Shown here: positions 1 to 11,535 of the stretch, piece after piece
How positions within the stretch are numbered: the stretch's first letter is position 1
Layout: each line of letters opens with the position of its first letter
From: Andalucia godoyi And28
Taxonomy: Eukaryota > Protista > Jakobida
Direction of reading: 5' to 3'
Length of the DNA stretch: 64,000 bases
NCBI GenBank assembly: GCA_009859145.1
Contig: VRVR01000003.1
Span: forward strand, 381,315-445,314
Notes under the pieces: model-generated
Told to the model about the DNA's origin: nothing
The model's input: only the letters and a program-made list of their open reading frames with translations
Database searches by the model: none
Made by a program: the position numbers and the translations under genes

Positions 1-3000
1 GAAGCGCCTCCCACGGTGTCTGTGCGTTCTCTTCGATCAAATTTCGGAGCGACTTGACCGATGCGGCGAAATCAGAATCGTTCCAATCGTACGGGATGTT
101 CCAGCCAAGAGGACCGAACTTTCTGCGCTCTTGAATGACAGCGTGGAAAAATGCGAGGCCAAACAGCAGCTTACGCCACACACGACGTTTGGACGAAATC
201 TGTTCATCAGCCAAGCCAATCGTGTGATGCAAGTCATAGTCCGATTCTTGGAGATCTGCAAACGATCGGCGAATGTTGGCCTTTAGACCCTTGGGCGGTT
301 CATTGGTCAACTTGATACCAAGTTGCAAAACAGGAACCGGGAACTTCGGAGACGGCATCGAGGTCAACCACAATCGGAAGTCCGGATGAATGGAACTGCC
401 TTCGGCATGAGACATCTGCTCCAAAATGCGTTCAAGTGCGGGCATCCAAGATGCAGCGAGGTGACAGTTCTGCAAGCAAACCCACTCACCACGTTTCATA
501 CCTTGCTCAATCAGCCTCTCTGCAATGGGACCTTGACCCTGACCCAGCGAAAGCATTCGCAATCGGTCGCTGTAACCAAGTTCTCTCGCAAAGTTCAAGA
601 AAATGGCGGCAGGATCCGCGCCCGGTGAAAGAACGAAGATAATCGGCGTAGTAGTGGACGAATCCTTGAAAGCACCAACGAGATCAAACGGCGGAGACTC
701 CGTGAACTGCTTGCCGAGGATTTCGCCGACCATTCGTGAGAATCCAAAAATCACCTTCTCATCGCGGGTAGCCTTCAAAATCAGCAATCGAAGCCACGGC
801 GTCAACAAAACACCGCCAGAATCGTACGGCGACGGCATCTCTGCCAACTGCGGAGACTCGCATTCAAAAAAGTGGCGCCATGCAACCGGATTTGTCAAGA
901 AAGACTGTTCTAGATCCTTCAACGCCGAGGAGATCCTGGAAAGAGCGCAAACATTGCGCCAGACTGCATCCGGCAACCATGACTTGTAGGGATTCTCTGC
1001 AGAAGGCTGGTACGTTGGCTCTGGGCCGCGAAGGAAGAAAGTCCACTCATCTTCTGTAATGCGTCCGTCGTTCCGCATAATTTGGACCGTAATCATAGTC
1101 GCGAAGATAAGCTTATCTTTTTCAAACAACCCTCGGCACACGTTTCGGTAGACGTACTCAACGGAGTATTTGAGCAGCGTATCAATGCGAACTGGCAACT
1201 CCGTGGACTTTTCCGAGTTCCGCAAACACAGCTGGAAGAGATTTGCAAAGTACGGAAGTGAGTTTTGGTACATGGGATCCACTGACGACATGTCAGCGAC
1301 CACAAAGTACAATATCGATCCACGGCGCGCGACCGCACGGTAGCCTTCACGCGCCTCGTTGATTTTCTTCGCTGTTTCCTCTGCCTCCACGACACCTCGA
1401 TTAATCTCTCCGGAAGTCTTCTTCGAGGCAGCCAACGTGTTAATCAGAACCTCATCTTCCAAAATATCTCCCGACGAGTTGGCAAGCAAAGACAGAATCT
1501 TACTCTCAATGTCCTGTAGCTGCCGCTGACCATCTGCAATTTGCAGTACAAGTTTGTCTTTCTGCTGTTCAAGTTCCGGGCGTTCAAACTGGACCACATG
1601 GGCCAGGAGCTGGTCTTCCAAACCACGCAGCGTCACCGTGAAGTTAATAACAGTGACCTTGATGCACACCTCCGGCAAATAATGGGGATTTGGAAGCTTT
1701 GTTGTGATGTAGAACTTGAAAAGCGGACTGTATGGAACATCCGTATCTCCAAGACGGATCAGCAGTTGCCCCCCACGCTTGAAAGTCTGCCGAAGCAACA
1801 CAGGCTCCAGGGCCGGGTCCAAAACTTCACCAACATTCTCTAACAAGCATGGCGTGCCGATGCGGATGCAATTCTCGAGAGTTTGCAAGAATTTGCCGTC
1901 TGTGAGCTTGATGACCTTCAGGCCATTTGCACGTTCCAGATTCTTGATCCACGCATTTGCTTGGCCTTGCGGGTCGATCATAAGCGGCCAGCGACGGCCT
2001 CTTGTGACCAACATTCCGTTTTCCACCGAGAACGCATCAGCAGGAAGACCCTTCAGATTCCAGTCTCGGACGACCACCGGATCGCCGACCTTTCTGTCTA
2101 GCGAGAAATCGCTGGAAACCGGAAGCCGAATGGCTGCTGAAGATGAGATTCCTGGAATTTCCAGTGAATTGGCGCCACGTTGGGCTTCGTCCATCCACTC
2201 ATGCGTGAGTTGGTTGCGGTACGACGCTGTAAAAGGCCCAAGATACGCAACTGAACCAGCAGCTAGCAGCATGTTGCCAACCAAATTTGCTCGATCCTGA
2301 TCGAGCTGTCGAACCGTAGCATCCCAACGCAAGCGCTCGTCTGCAAGACCGAGAACCAGCTTGTTTGCTCGTTCAAGGCGAACTTCTGTCAGTCGCATTT
2401 CGTCTTCCAGGCGTTTCTTCTCCGCTTGTTTGCCAGAAAACAATTCTTGAAGTTGGCGAACACGCGCTTCTACTTCTGCAAGCGCCGCTTGCTTGGTCGC
2501 CAACTGGTCCTGGGCAGCCTTCAATTTGATATTTGCAGCAGCAAGTGCTTCTTTCTTTGGCTCTACGGTCTTGGCAACTTCCGCATATGTATTGATTGCG
2601 TGCGCCCACAAGCACAGTGAGCGGGCAGCACGGGAAACCTTTGCAACCTTTTCCGGATCAAAATCAGGATCTTGGATATACTTGGCTAACTTCTTCAGAG
2701 TCGCACTCTGAATATTGTCCTTGTCGAAGTCAACGAGCGACTTCAGGAAGCCCGTATCTGCGAGGAGAGATGTCGCGCTCTTCCATTCCGGTTTCACCCC
2801 CTTCAAAATACACACTGCTTCCATCACAGTCTGAACCAGCGGCGGGGGGGTCTTGAAGGACTTGATTTCCGTGATGTCCTGCTTATTCAAGGAGTTCAGT
2901 GCCTCAACGGCCGCAAAATATGCAGGCATGGCCTTGTCAAGGTCCTTCTGGCAGTCGTCCTTTAGCGCCTGGGTATCTGTCATAATGACTTTGCAGTCGG

Positions 3001-6000
3001 CCTCCTCCTTCTGACAGTTTGTCTTCACTTCTGCAGCCTCCTTTTGATCTGCAGTCAGTCGGACAAGCAACTCGGCAGTCTCCTTTGCGGATTTTTCCAA
3101 AACAGGTTGCATACGCTTGAGATCGACTTTCATCTGCTCGACGACATCGTTCGTTGACAGCAGCTTATCCAAACCAGTCTTCAAGCGAACCAACTTCTGA
3201 GAAACCTTTTCGCGCTGCTCGTCAAGCATGGACAGGTACAGCTGCAGGAGTTCCAGATACGACGTGGGTGTCGTGTAGTTGTATCGGCGAAGTTCTTCAA
3301 AGTACTTCTTCGAGCCCTTCGATACTGATGAGTGCACATACACGCACATTCGGCAGATACCGTCATTGACTTGGACCGATCCGAGATCCACCGATCCGAG
3401 GAACCGCTTCGCAACCGAGTACAATGCGTCCGCAGGCCATTCATTGTACCAATCAATGGTACAATTATTCACTAATGCCGGGAACATACGAAGCCGCGTA
3501 CGGAAAGCATCGCCAACAGGAGACATCGACAACACAATGTGCAGATTCTCCCGAACTAGATACACGAAGTGTGCGAATATGACGTCTCTCGTTTCCATCT
3601 TTCCGGCAGCGCGCACTTTTGGTTGGACAGACGAAATGATTCGTTCAAAATCCTCGGGAGCAAAGAGATTGGGCACCTCGCCCGTATTAAGAATGCTGTT
3701 GATGTCCTCGAGGAACGACTCTTTGACGATTTGCGTGTCAGAAAACAAGAATACAATCGGATTGTCCCCGCAACCAGCATCGAGAAGCAGTCTTTTCAAG
3801 TCTTCTCGGAACTCGTTCTTTCCATAGTTCTTCGCAATTTCAATTGAAAAACACTTGAAATTTGCAACGAACGCTGCAAGGCGAGTAAGGGACTGGCGAC
3901 CAGAACCGCCAACACCGACCAGCAACGCATTACCGCGAGGCTGTCGCAGAATGCGACATATCCTCGCAATATGCTCAATGGCATCTCGGAAAAATACCAA
4001 GTTCATCTCCTTATTCATTTCGACAGTATACTCCTCTTGGTACTCCTTCAGAGCATCTTGCACCTTTTCCAGGTCAGTCAGCATCGAGTACTGTCTTTCT
4101 TCCTTTGTTCGTTGCATGAAATCACCGAAAAGAACATGATCAAACTGCTGAATATCCCAAGTCAAATTGAAGTTCTTGGCAATCAGAACTTTCAACGCCT
4201 CGTTGAACCACGTGCGATCCGTCTCATCAACCAAGCGATCGCGGAAAACACGGCAAGCTTCGTGAACCCACAATTTCACCATAGTCACCTTATCCGGACA
4301 AAACTTCGGCGTGATTTGCAAGACTCCTTGGAAAACCTTCGAGAGATCACGCAGATTGAACGTGTAGTGGCTCTTAGAAGGCGTCGGCAACAAGTCCTCG
4401 CAAACTTTGAGGTACAGCGCCACAGACGCGTTGACCATCGGCATCACCAGACTCTGCACGTCGTTTGCAAAACCGGTAACGAACCCGCTGAGGATGGACG
4501 AAAAGATGCGGCTCATGGAGTCCTCGGAAAGCTGCGGGACCGACAAGATGTGGAAATGCCGCAGGAGTCGAGGTGTCACAGGATTACGTCCTCCGCCGGG
4601 TGGGCCGCACGATGCGAGGAAAACAGTGTCTGAAACGTTCTTGAAGAAGAGCTTTTCACGATCATAAAGACCGCCGTGATCAATGACCTGACGAAGCAAT
4701 TCAATCGGAGGCTGTGCTCCATACTGCTCAAGTGCAGGCATGTTCAAATCGTCGACGAACACAACATTGTTCTTTCCTGCTGGAGCTCCAAGAAGATTCT
4801 TGCGCTTCTTCTCAAACTTGGACTCAAACAGATCTTGCAAGTTCTTGGAAGAGGTCTGTGCAGAAAAGTTCGTGTATACCGACACATACTGCCCGGAAGG
4901 GTCATCCGCCCGAAGCGATTCGCGTAGGAAATCCTGAACGATAACCGTCTTACCAACACCCGTTACTCCTGTGATAAGAACATTCCGACCAGACCGGACC
5001 AAGGTGTCAAGCAAGAATCGCACACGAGTAGTGTCCACCGTTGGAACAAGAATGTTGAAGAACGGCATTTCCGGGAGATAGGTGAAGTCCTGCACTGTTG
5101 CTTTCCATGGGATGAAAGACCGCGTTTTCGCATCAATGCAATAGTCGTAGACAGAGCCCTCTGCGGGGAAGTCTGGACTGATCCCTCCAAGGCGTCCTCT
5201 CGTGAAGGATTCAAACTTGGTGCGCGAGGCATCATCCAAGGAGGCGCCAAGGGACCAGATGAAGGAAAAGCAAAAATAGCGGTTGACGAGATCCTCCGCT
5301 TCAGACGAGGTCAATGCGTGCACGTCGAAGCCTTTCTCAGGCACAAGAAGAGACTCCATCAGTTTCATGCAAGACACGACAAGATTCTGGTCCACCGACG
5401 GAATGTACTCTTTGCAATTCTTTCGAATGAAATCCAGACCTGCCTCGCAATGCTTGTAGAAAAGAGCCTGCAGGATGGATCCGTACCCCGGAATCTTTTC
5501 CTCCATCATGGAGGCCCACGTGCGGACAACGGGCTTCCAACCGCCCTCAAGGTACATGGGCTCAAGATACACCATGCCACAACGAGAAACCGTCGCCGGC
5601 GATGCAACAGACAAATCCTGCACTTCAAACATCATCGCTACGGTAGGAGGCAACTTGATGCGCTCGCCATTGACAAGGCACAACATCTTATTGTCGTCAA
5701 GAACAGTGTTCATATTCTCGATCCACAGTGCATCCACAGGACCGTCAAAAACAATCCACTTGCGCTCGCTGCCCGTGTCACGAACGACTTCTCTGGAAAT
5801 AGAAGGAACCAGCCCGTCTGTCCATTCGTGCGACACATCATCAAATTCTCCATACAGCTCTCCCATGGTCAGCGACTTTGGATTCAGCAGGTACTTGCGC
5901 ACCTTTTGGTACTTCTCTTCACCCAACCGTGCAGCAAGAGAGGTCAGCGCCGACTGGAGAGTGTTGCAAATTACAGACTTTCCGGAACCGGTGGCACCGA

Positions 6001-9000
6001 CCAACATGACTCCGTGACGGACACGCATGATTTCGTAGAGTTGGATTACTTTTCCCACGAAGGAATCCACAACCTGCAACTTCTTGTGTTTCATTTCGTC
6101 CTCAATCTGCACTTGCAACTCGCCGTAATCGATGTCGGGAATCGATACGCCTGGGAACAAATCCTGGATGATTGCCATGAACAGCACCACGTCGTCTTGC
6201 AGGAATTTCGGAACGTTGGAATCACGCATGGCACGAATGAGAACAATATCCTCCGCCAAATCTGGTTCTGCACGCTTCAGTTGGCCCGCCATAACCAAAA
6301 TGGACTTGACCGCACGCATTCCAAAATCATAGTGGTCCTGCTTACTTAGTTGCTCAGACGACAGTTTGAACAGCTGAACCATTTTCTGAGCAAGATCCTT
6401 TGCGCTCGAAAATCCTTCGGAAAACAACATAATTTCCGCAATCAACGCATAGTCTGGGATCATCATCGCCATTGGGCGGAAAAGGGCCTTCAAATTATCA
6501 GGAAGCTCTGTGCGGCCAGCATATCCAGGATTCATCGTGATGAACACACCAACATTGCTGTTCAGGGGCAATTCGCGGCCTTCAAACAAGAATTTATCCG
6601 CCTTTCGAAGAATCGCCTGAATGATGGTCAACATCTGTTGCGCAATAACGGAGAGAACCTCAATATCAATGCGATTAAACTCGTCAAAACAAGCCCACGC
6701 ACCCGCTTGGGCCAAACCGGAAAACATCCGACCCATCATCTTGTAATCTAGACCGTCGGAGCAGTTGAAAACAACACATTGTCGTGCAAGGCCCTTCGCC
6801 AAGTCCTTCACGGACTCTGTTTTTCCGGTGCCGGCAGGCCCTTGTGGGGCAGCGCCGAGACACAGATGCAGCGCACCGGTGCAAGTCAAATAACAGCGGT
6901 CAGTCAATGGAGTGATAACAAGACGGGGTTGATTTCCAAGGTACTCCCAGCCATATTCAAACGAGGCATTTGTCTGTCTAACCACGCAGGTATCCTTTGT
7001 CGGGTCCCAATAGTATCGCAGCTGCATTGCCCATTCAAAATCATTGACGGACGAGCACATCTTCTTGACCATTCTGTCCACGACATCGCGACAATGCACG
7101 TCCAGCACAATAAGCGCCCCCATTGCTGCGCGCTCCAACTTCGTCAACTTGCCGCGCACCAAGCCGACCATTTTGTCCAATTGCTGTATGTAGAACTCGT
7201 AGTACGATTTGAGAGCCCGTGGGTTCTCACCAGACTCAACCTTCTCGAGAGCCTCCGTAACTTCCCTCGTCCACATGATTTGGTCAACGGAGAGCACGGA
7301 CTGTGCAGGAAACTCGAAGAACCATTCCTCTCTCGACATCTGAGCGTACGACGCAATCGCTTCCTTGGTGTGCGAATACAGGGACATTTTCATCATGTTC
7401 TCCACAGACAAAAGCCAATTTTCGACATTTCCCTCTGCAATGACTGCGTTTGTGAAAGGAACCACTTCGGTTTCTGCAGATTTCATGGAGACGATCTCAT
7501 CGGATTCATCACTTCTGAAACCCAGTTCCTTGATGCTGTCAAAGCATTTGGTTAAGTGAGGCTGGACAGCACGCGGTTCTCTTGTTTGAGACAAGATTTC
7601 AAGCAGCTCGTCATTCGACAAGAAATAGAAACGCGGAAATGCGGCTCGCTTGGTTTCTAGATAGTCCTCAAGACTCTTTTGAACTTCCTCAAGCACCTTG
7701 TTCGCATTCCGGAAGAGTTCGAGGGTTCGCGGAGCGGCGGCAATACCAAGCACGTTTGGCTTCGCATGAGTTCGTCTCATGATGTCCTTCCACTCCTTGT
7801 CCACTGCCTTGAACTTCATGCTTTCCGAAGGAAGCTGACGTTGGATATCTTCCGAGGAGAAGATGAATTCCAGATACATCCAATTTCTTTGGCAGGTGAG
7901 CCACTCATCAAGAACCTCCTGAAGAAGGCGGAGTTTCGACTCCCACTCTTCCACACTTTCCTTGATACCCACAACAAACCGAGACGCCATCATGGTTTGC
8001 AATGTCACCTGATTATCTTCCAAAAGCTGCATGACTTCATCCACAGCGCCGATGATAAAAATATCTTTCTGTTCCCGGTGGTTTTTCACAAGGAATTCGG
8101 TCACATCCCACCCCTCTCGGATCTTGTTCAATGTCGCCTCCAGCGAATACTCGCCGGATGCAACCGCAGAGACTTCGGATATGATCTCGCGATGCTCAAT
8201 CACCCCGTATGAGAACAACAGTTCCAGCGAGAAATCCATGTCTGGAGAGTACGGTCTGCCAAGAGACTCGAAAATCCGGGTCCAGTGACGAGGTCGTATG
8301 GCAGGATTTCCCAATTCAAGAACAACCGGCATGTAGCTCTTCCATTCCTCGCACAATTTGTAGAACCTCTCCGAAACACCATCCTGCAACTTCTTCTGCA
8401 GAGAAAAAGCATCTTTGAAATAGACTGCAACCTCCTTGTTCATTTCTTCGACATTCATTCCGACAAACTTCGGATTTGACTTCCAGGATTCCGTCATGTT
8501 GAGGAAGTCGTTGAGCTTCTGCCAAAGCTCCAACTTGGAGGTGTACTGCTTGTCTACAGCACTCAAGTTCTCCCAGGACGTAGTGGCCAGGTTGAACAAC
8601 TTCTGGTACGACGTTAGTTGGAGAGTCTTTTCCTTGAGAGCGTCAACGGTCGCCTTCACCGTTGAAAGCCGTTCAAGAACATGGACAGGATCCGCCATTG
8701 GATCGACGTAGTCTCCGGAACGAAGCTGCGAGACCATCGACAATAGTTCTTCGTTGATGGCTTCGATGGTCTTGTCCATCGTGACAGCCATGGCGGACAT
8801 CGACTGCTGTTGGTGATCTTGGGCACCTTGCAGCGCTGTTTGGAAATCGTGCTGCACGGTCTGCAAATCGTCATGCTTCACCTGATCCTCTGTAGGAATC
8901 TTGACATCAAACAAGGCGAGCAACTCGTACATCTTGTCGACATCCCCGGCCACATTGAGCAACTTCCACGACTCCTCTTTGATTCTGTGCAAGTGTTCAA

Positions 9001-11137
9001 CATGAGCAGCAAATCCGTGCAATTTGTCCGGGCGATCTTCAAGAACGCGAATACGCTGGGAAAACTCATCCAGAACAAATCTGCATTTGTCACGCGCGGA
9101 AACGAGAAGGACACTCTTCATGCTTTCAAGGACATCCGCAAGCTGTGGAAGCAGTGTATTCTTGAGTCGTTTCGAATCCACAAAGATGTTCCCAACTTCT
9201 GCTTGCGTCTTCATTTCACGCTCGACAGCTGAGATTGCCTTCTTCATCTCTATCAGATCCGTGCGGAACTCTTCAATGGAACGATCTCCAGAGCGATAGT
9301 CTTCCAGACTCCACTTTGCTGAAAAGGAGTGCCATTGGTGAAACTCTTCAAGGGAGACGGCGTACTCCATTGCAGTCTTGAAGTCGGACGTGAGAATATT
9401 TTCGCAATCGGATCGCAAATGCTGATACTCTTCCGAAGCCCGGACAACAGATGCAATAAACCATGTCGAAGGCGAACGTCCTCCAAAGTATTGCTTGAAG
9501 GATCGCATGTACAACACTCGAGCAACGGAGTTGACGGCTGTCACCATTTCATCAAAGGTCTTGCGGAACATTTCCAGTAAATCGGATTCACCAGGACTAA
9601 GATCCACCTTCTTTCGGTCACCAAAAATCGCATTCACATGGAAGAGCAGTTTCTTCTTATCCGATGGCTGCAAGTTCGACAAGAACTCCTTCAGAATATT
9701 CATGGCCAGCTGAATAAGGTTCTCCACTACCATGTAGTCCACAAGTCGCACAAAATCGCCAAGCATCTTCGCTTCTGCCTGAGCCCTCTTCACGGCCTTG
9801 ATCTTTTCCTGCTCCTCTTGCTGCATTTCCGTCATAGACTTCGCGCGCTTTGCGGTGCTTTGCAACCCTGCTGATTGACCGTTCTCGGCCGCCAGCAGTG
9901 TTTCGAGATCATCCTCTGCATCCAATTCTGGTGCACGAGCTCTGCTGACAACATTCTCACAGAGCTTCACCAGCAGCTCCTCGATCTTGTCAATCGTGGT
10001 TTCAAATGCTTTGGTCGCAGAGGTCCGCTGCTGTGCTTGGGTTTCCAGGAACCCGTCAGGAGACTGCGTGGACTTCTGTCCATCTCCAATAAAATGAAAC
10101 AATTTGATGGACCGAAGATCGACAGCCAATTTGTGAATTTCCGTGAACGTCAAGACAAACGTCGATTTGGCAACAAAAAACTTTGCTGCGAGGCGAGAAC
10201 GAGTAAGGCAGTAGAGTTTGTACCGAACATTCTTCCTCCAAGTTGAAAACGACTTTCCGATCAAGAAATACTTGTAGAAACGAATGTTTGTAAGGGCGTT
10301 GAAGATCGACGACTGACGGACCCATTCAGAAAGAGAAAAGAATTCTGCGGGCTCATCTGGTCGGATGTGAACCACGCCGGATGCTGACATGGTGAAGTGT
10401 TCTGCATCGGTCTCGTCTTTGGAAACAACCACCAAATCATATGGTCTGAAGTTATCCCCGGTATTAGCTCTATTCAAGTAAACGAATTTCACAACTGCAT
10501 CCTTTCCAGCGTTGGAGAAATACTGCACAGCGTCGTCGCCAGTGTGAAGAGTCTCCAGGACTGCATCTTCGGAAGGCAACGCAGAACGCTTGAACGTGGA
10601 CGGTGATCCACTGGAAGATGTACCGGCGTTCAAAATTCTTTCAGCCTCCGTCGAGACCGAACTATTTCTGTCACCCAGGAAGGCTTCCTTCAGAAACGAC
10701 GTTCTGGTGTTGCGAGAAGCCAGAAAACTGGAGCTGACATCTGAGCTGTGCATAGACCCAAGTCGAAAATGCTTCGAGGTGGTATTTCGAACAGGTGGGA
10801 GATCCTTTTGTGTCAGTGAGCGACTACCAACAAACTTCTCATTTCCATGATCAGGAGTATCTTCATTGTCGTGACTATCATCACGATCATCATCGCTTAT
10901 TTGCACGGCTGTGCGTTTTGCCGGGGCATTCGCATGCTGGTATGCAGCATTTTTGGACGAGGAAAGCACGGTTGATGTTTTCATGTCCGGAACATCAAAT
11001 GCAGCGATGCTGTTTGCATCAATGGTGTATAAACTGTCGACATCTCCAAGACGCGCATCGACATCAATGGGTGGCAATCGGTGAGGCTTCAGATGGCTAC
11101 TGCGGCCTTTTGACGATTGCTTCTTTCGAGAACTCAT
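1..11137 (-). CDS. DNAH6: Axonemal inner-arm dynein heavy chain, DNAH6-like (3' end lies outside the window)
   Basis: ATG at 11137 (MSSRKKQSSKGR...). The same frame reads ...NAQTPWEAL at position ~2, so ~3712 codons appear to be uninterrupted (spot-checked; absent from the track because there is no stop in the window). Motifs: AAA1 GPAGTGKTE, AAA2 LVGATGSGKS, AAA3 ITGVTGVGKT, AAA4 LVGVGGSGRQS. DGPVDALWIENMNTVLDDNKMLCL and FFNILVPTVDT resemble the DNAH6 subfamily as recalled. Confidence 0.93.
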   Translation of the reverse strand, partial: MSSRKKQSSKGRSSHLKPHRLPPIDVDARLGDVDSLYTIDANSIAAFDVPDMKTSTVLSSSKNAAYQHANAPAKRTAVQISDDDRDDSHDNEDTPDHGNEKFVGSRSLTQKDLPPVRNTTSKHFRLGSMHSSDVSSSFLASRNTRTSFLKEAFLGDRNSSVSTEAERILNAGTSSSGSPSTFKRSALPSEDAVLETLHTGDDAVQYFSNAGKDAVVKFVYLNRANTGDNFRPYDLVVVSKDETDAEHFTMSASGVVHIRPDEPAEFFSLSEWVRQSSIFNALTNIRFYKYFLIGKSFSTWRKNVRYKLYCLTRSRLAAKFFVAKSTFVLTFTEIHKLAVDLRSIKLFHFIGDGQKSTQSPDGFLETQAQQRTSATKAFETTIDKIEELLVKLCENVVSRARAPELDAEDDLETLLAAENGQSAGLQSTAKRAKSMTEMQQEEQEKIKAVKRAQAEAKMLGDFVRLVDYMVVENLIQLAMNILKEFLSNLQPSDKKKLLFHVNAIFGDRKKVDLSPGESDLLEMFRKTFDEMVTAVNSVARVLYMRSFKQYFGGRSPSTWFIASVVRASEEYQHLRSDCENILTSDFKTAMEYAVSLEEFHQWHSFSAKWSLEDYRSGDRSIEEFRTDLIEMKKAISAVEREMKTQAEVGNIFVDSKRLKNTLLPQLADVLESMKSVLLVSARDKCRFVLDEFSQRIRVLEDRPDKLHGFAAHVEHLHRIKEESWKLLNVAGDVDKMYELLALFDVKIPTEDQVKHDDLQTVQHDFQTALQGAQDHQQQSMSAMAVTMDKTIEAINEELLSMVSQLRSGDYVDPMADPVHVLERLSTVKATVDALKEKTLQLTSYQKLFNLATTSWENLSAVDKQYTSKLELWQKLNDFLNMTESWKSNPKFVGMNVEEMNKEVAVYFKDAFSLQKKLQDGVSERFYKLCEEWKSYMPVVLELGNPAIRPRHWTRIFESLGRPYSPDMDFSLELLFSYGVIEHREIISEVSAVASGEYSLEATLNKIREGWDVTEFLVKNHREQKDIFIIGAVDEVMQLLEDNQVTLQTMMASRFVVGIKESVEEWESKLRLLQEVLDEWLTCQRNWMYLEFIFSSEDIQRQLPSESMKFKAVDKEWKDIMRRTHAKPNVLGIAAAPRTLELFRNANKVLEEVQKSLEDYLETKRAAFPRFYFLSNDELLEILSQTREPRAVQPHLTKCFDSIKELGFRSDESDEIVSMKSAETEVVPFTNAVIAEGNVENWLLSVENMMKMSLYSHTKEAIASYAQMSREEWFFEFPAQSVLSVDQIMWTREVTEALEKVESGENPRALKSYYEFYIQQLDKMVGLVRGKLTKLERAAMGALIVLDVHCRDVVDRMVKKMCSSVNDFEWAMQLRYYWDPTKDTCVVRQTNASFEYGWEYLGNQPRLVITPLTDRCYLTCTGALHLCLGAAPQGPAGTGKTESVKDLAKGLARQCVVFNCSDGLDYKMMGRMFSGLAQAGAWACFDEFNRIDIEVLSVIAQQMLTIIQAILRKADKFLFEGRELPLNSNVGVFITMNPGYAGRTELPDNLKALFRPMAMMIPDYALIAEIMLFSEGFSSAKDLAQKMVQLFKLSSEQLSKQDHYDFGMRAVKSILVMAGQLKRAEPDLAEDIVLIRAMRDSNVPKFLQDDVVLFMAIIQDLFPGVSIPDIDYGELQVQIEDEMKHKKLQVVDSFVGKVIQLYEIMRVRHGVMLVGATGSGKSVICNTLQSALTSLAARLGEEKYQKVRKYLLNPKSLTMGELYGEFDDVSHEWTDGLVPSISREVVRDTGSERKWIVFDGPVDALWIENMNTVLDDNKMLCLVNGERIKLPPTVAMMFEVQDLSVASPATVSRCGMVYLEPMYLEGGWKPVVRTWASMMEEKIPGYGSILQALFYKHCEAGLDFIRKNCKEYIPSVDQNLVVSCMKLMESLLVPEKGFDVHALTSSEAEDLVNRYFCFSFIWSLGASLDDASRTKFESFTRGRLGGISPDFPAEGSVYDYCIDAKTRSFIPWKATVQDFTYLPEMPFFNILVPTVDTTRVRFLLDTLVRSGRNVLITGVTGVGKTVIVQDFLRESLRADDPSGQYVSVYTNFSAQTSSKNLQDLFESKFEKKRKNLLGAPAGKNNVVFVDDLNMPALEQYGAQPPIELLRQVIDHGGLYDREKLFFKNVSDTVFLASCGPPGGGRNPVTPRLLRHFHILSVPQLSEDSMSRIFSSILSGFVTGFANDVQSLVMPMVNASVALYLKVCEDLLPTPSKSHYTFNLRDLSKVFQGVLQITPKFCPDKVTMVKLWVHEACRVFRDRLVDETDRTWFNEALKVLIAKNFNLTWDIQQFDHVLFGDFMQRTKEERQYSMLTDLEKVQDALKEYQEEYTVEMNKEMNLVFFRDAIEHIARICRILRQPRGNALLVGVGGSGRQSLTRLAAFVANFKCFSIEIAKNYGKNEFREDLKRLLLDAGCGDNPIVFLFSDTQIVKESFLEDINSILNTGEVPNLFAPEDFERIISSVQPKVRAAGKMETRDVIFAHFVYLVRENLHIVLSMSPVGDAFRTRLRMFPALVNNCTIDWYNEWPADALYSVAKRFLGSVDLGSVQVNDGICRMCVYVHSSVSKGSKKYFEELRRYNYTTPTSYLELLQLYLSMLDEQREKVSQKLVRLKTGLDKLLSTNDVVEQMKVDLKRMQPVLEKSAKETAELLVRLTADQKEAAEVKTNCQKEEADCKVIMTDTQALKDDCQKDLDKAMPAYFAAVEALNSLNKQDITEIKSFKTPPPLVQTVMEAVCILKGVKPEWKSATSLLADTGFLKSLVDFDKDNIQSATLKKLAKYIQDPDFDPEKVAKVSRAARSLCLWAHAINTYAEVAKTVEPKKEALAAANIKLKAAQDQLATKQAALAEVEARVRQLQELFSGKQAEKKRLEDEMRLTEVRLERANKLVLGLADERLRWDATVRQLDQDRANLVGNMLLAAGSVAYLGPFTASYRNQLTHEWMDEAQRGANSLEIPGISSSAAIRLPVSSDFSLDRKVGDPVVVRDWNLKGLPADAFSVENGMLVTRGRRWPLMIDPQGQANAWIKNLERANGLKVIKLTDGKFLQTLENCIRIGTPCLLENVGEVLDPALEPVLLRQTFKRGGQLLIRLGDTDVPYSPLFKFYITTKLPNPHYLPEVCIKVTVINFTVTLRGLEDQLLAHVVQFERPELEQQKDKLVLQIADGQRQLQDIESKILSLLANSSGDILEDEVLINTLAASKKTSGEINRGVVEAEETAKKINEAREGYRAVARRGSILYFVVADMSSVDPMYQNSLPYFANLFQLCLRNSEKSTELPVRIDTLLKYSVEYVYRNVCRGLFEKDKLIFATMITVQIMRNDGRITEDEWTFFLRGPEPTYQPSAENPYKSWLPDAVWRNVCALSRISSALKDLEQSFLTNPVAWRHFFECESPQLAEMPSPYDSGGVLLTPWLRLLILKATRDEKVIFGFSRMVGEILGKQFTESPPFDLVGAFKDSSTTTPIIFVLSPGADPAAIFLNFARELGYSDRLRMLSLGQGQGPIAERLIEQGMKRGEWVCLQNCHLAASWMPALERILEQMSHAEGSSIHPDFRLWLTSMPSPKFPVPVLQLGIKLTNEPPKGLKANIRRSFADLQESDYDLHHTIGLADEQISSKRRVWRKLLFGLAFFHAVIQERRKFGPLGWNIPYDWNDSDFAASVKSLRNLIEENAQTPWEAL

Positions 11138-11535
11138 TCTTTTTCCAACTATTTTTTTTTTAAATAAAAAAAGTAGAATAACAAAACAATGACAAAAAAA
11201 TGCAAACTGTTGTCAGAGGATGTTGTTTTTCTCTTCGATAAAATTGATGAAAAATTCTTTATTAACAAAAATATCAAGAAGTTACCTGGAATTTCGAGAG
11301 TGAAACATGATGATGAAAAGACAAGAAGGGAAAGGGGGCTTCGGAAAAAAAAACCAAACGGACTCGGACTGACAAAATTGCGTGACTCCCTGACACACAC
11401 GACCCGTCCCCTGCTTTTCCTAGTGCTTACAACCGCCACGAGAAACGACTGTAAACAGGTTTTTTTTATTATTAAAAAAAACGCCGTCGATGATCGATCC
11501 CTTTTTGTGGTCGGACATCGGGGCACAATGTTCCT

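Noticed and set aside
323-10850. Numerous plus-strand ORFs in the track over the dynein (e.g. 5318-6349, 6779-7555)
   Set aside because: Antisense shadows of the dynein frame with no protein-family motifs.
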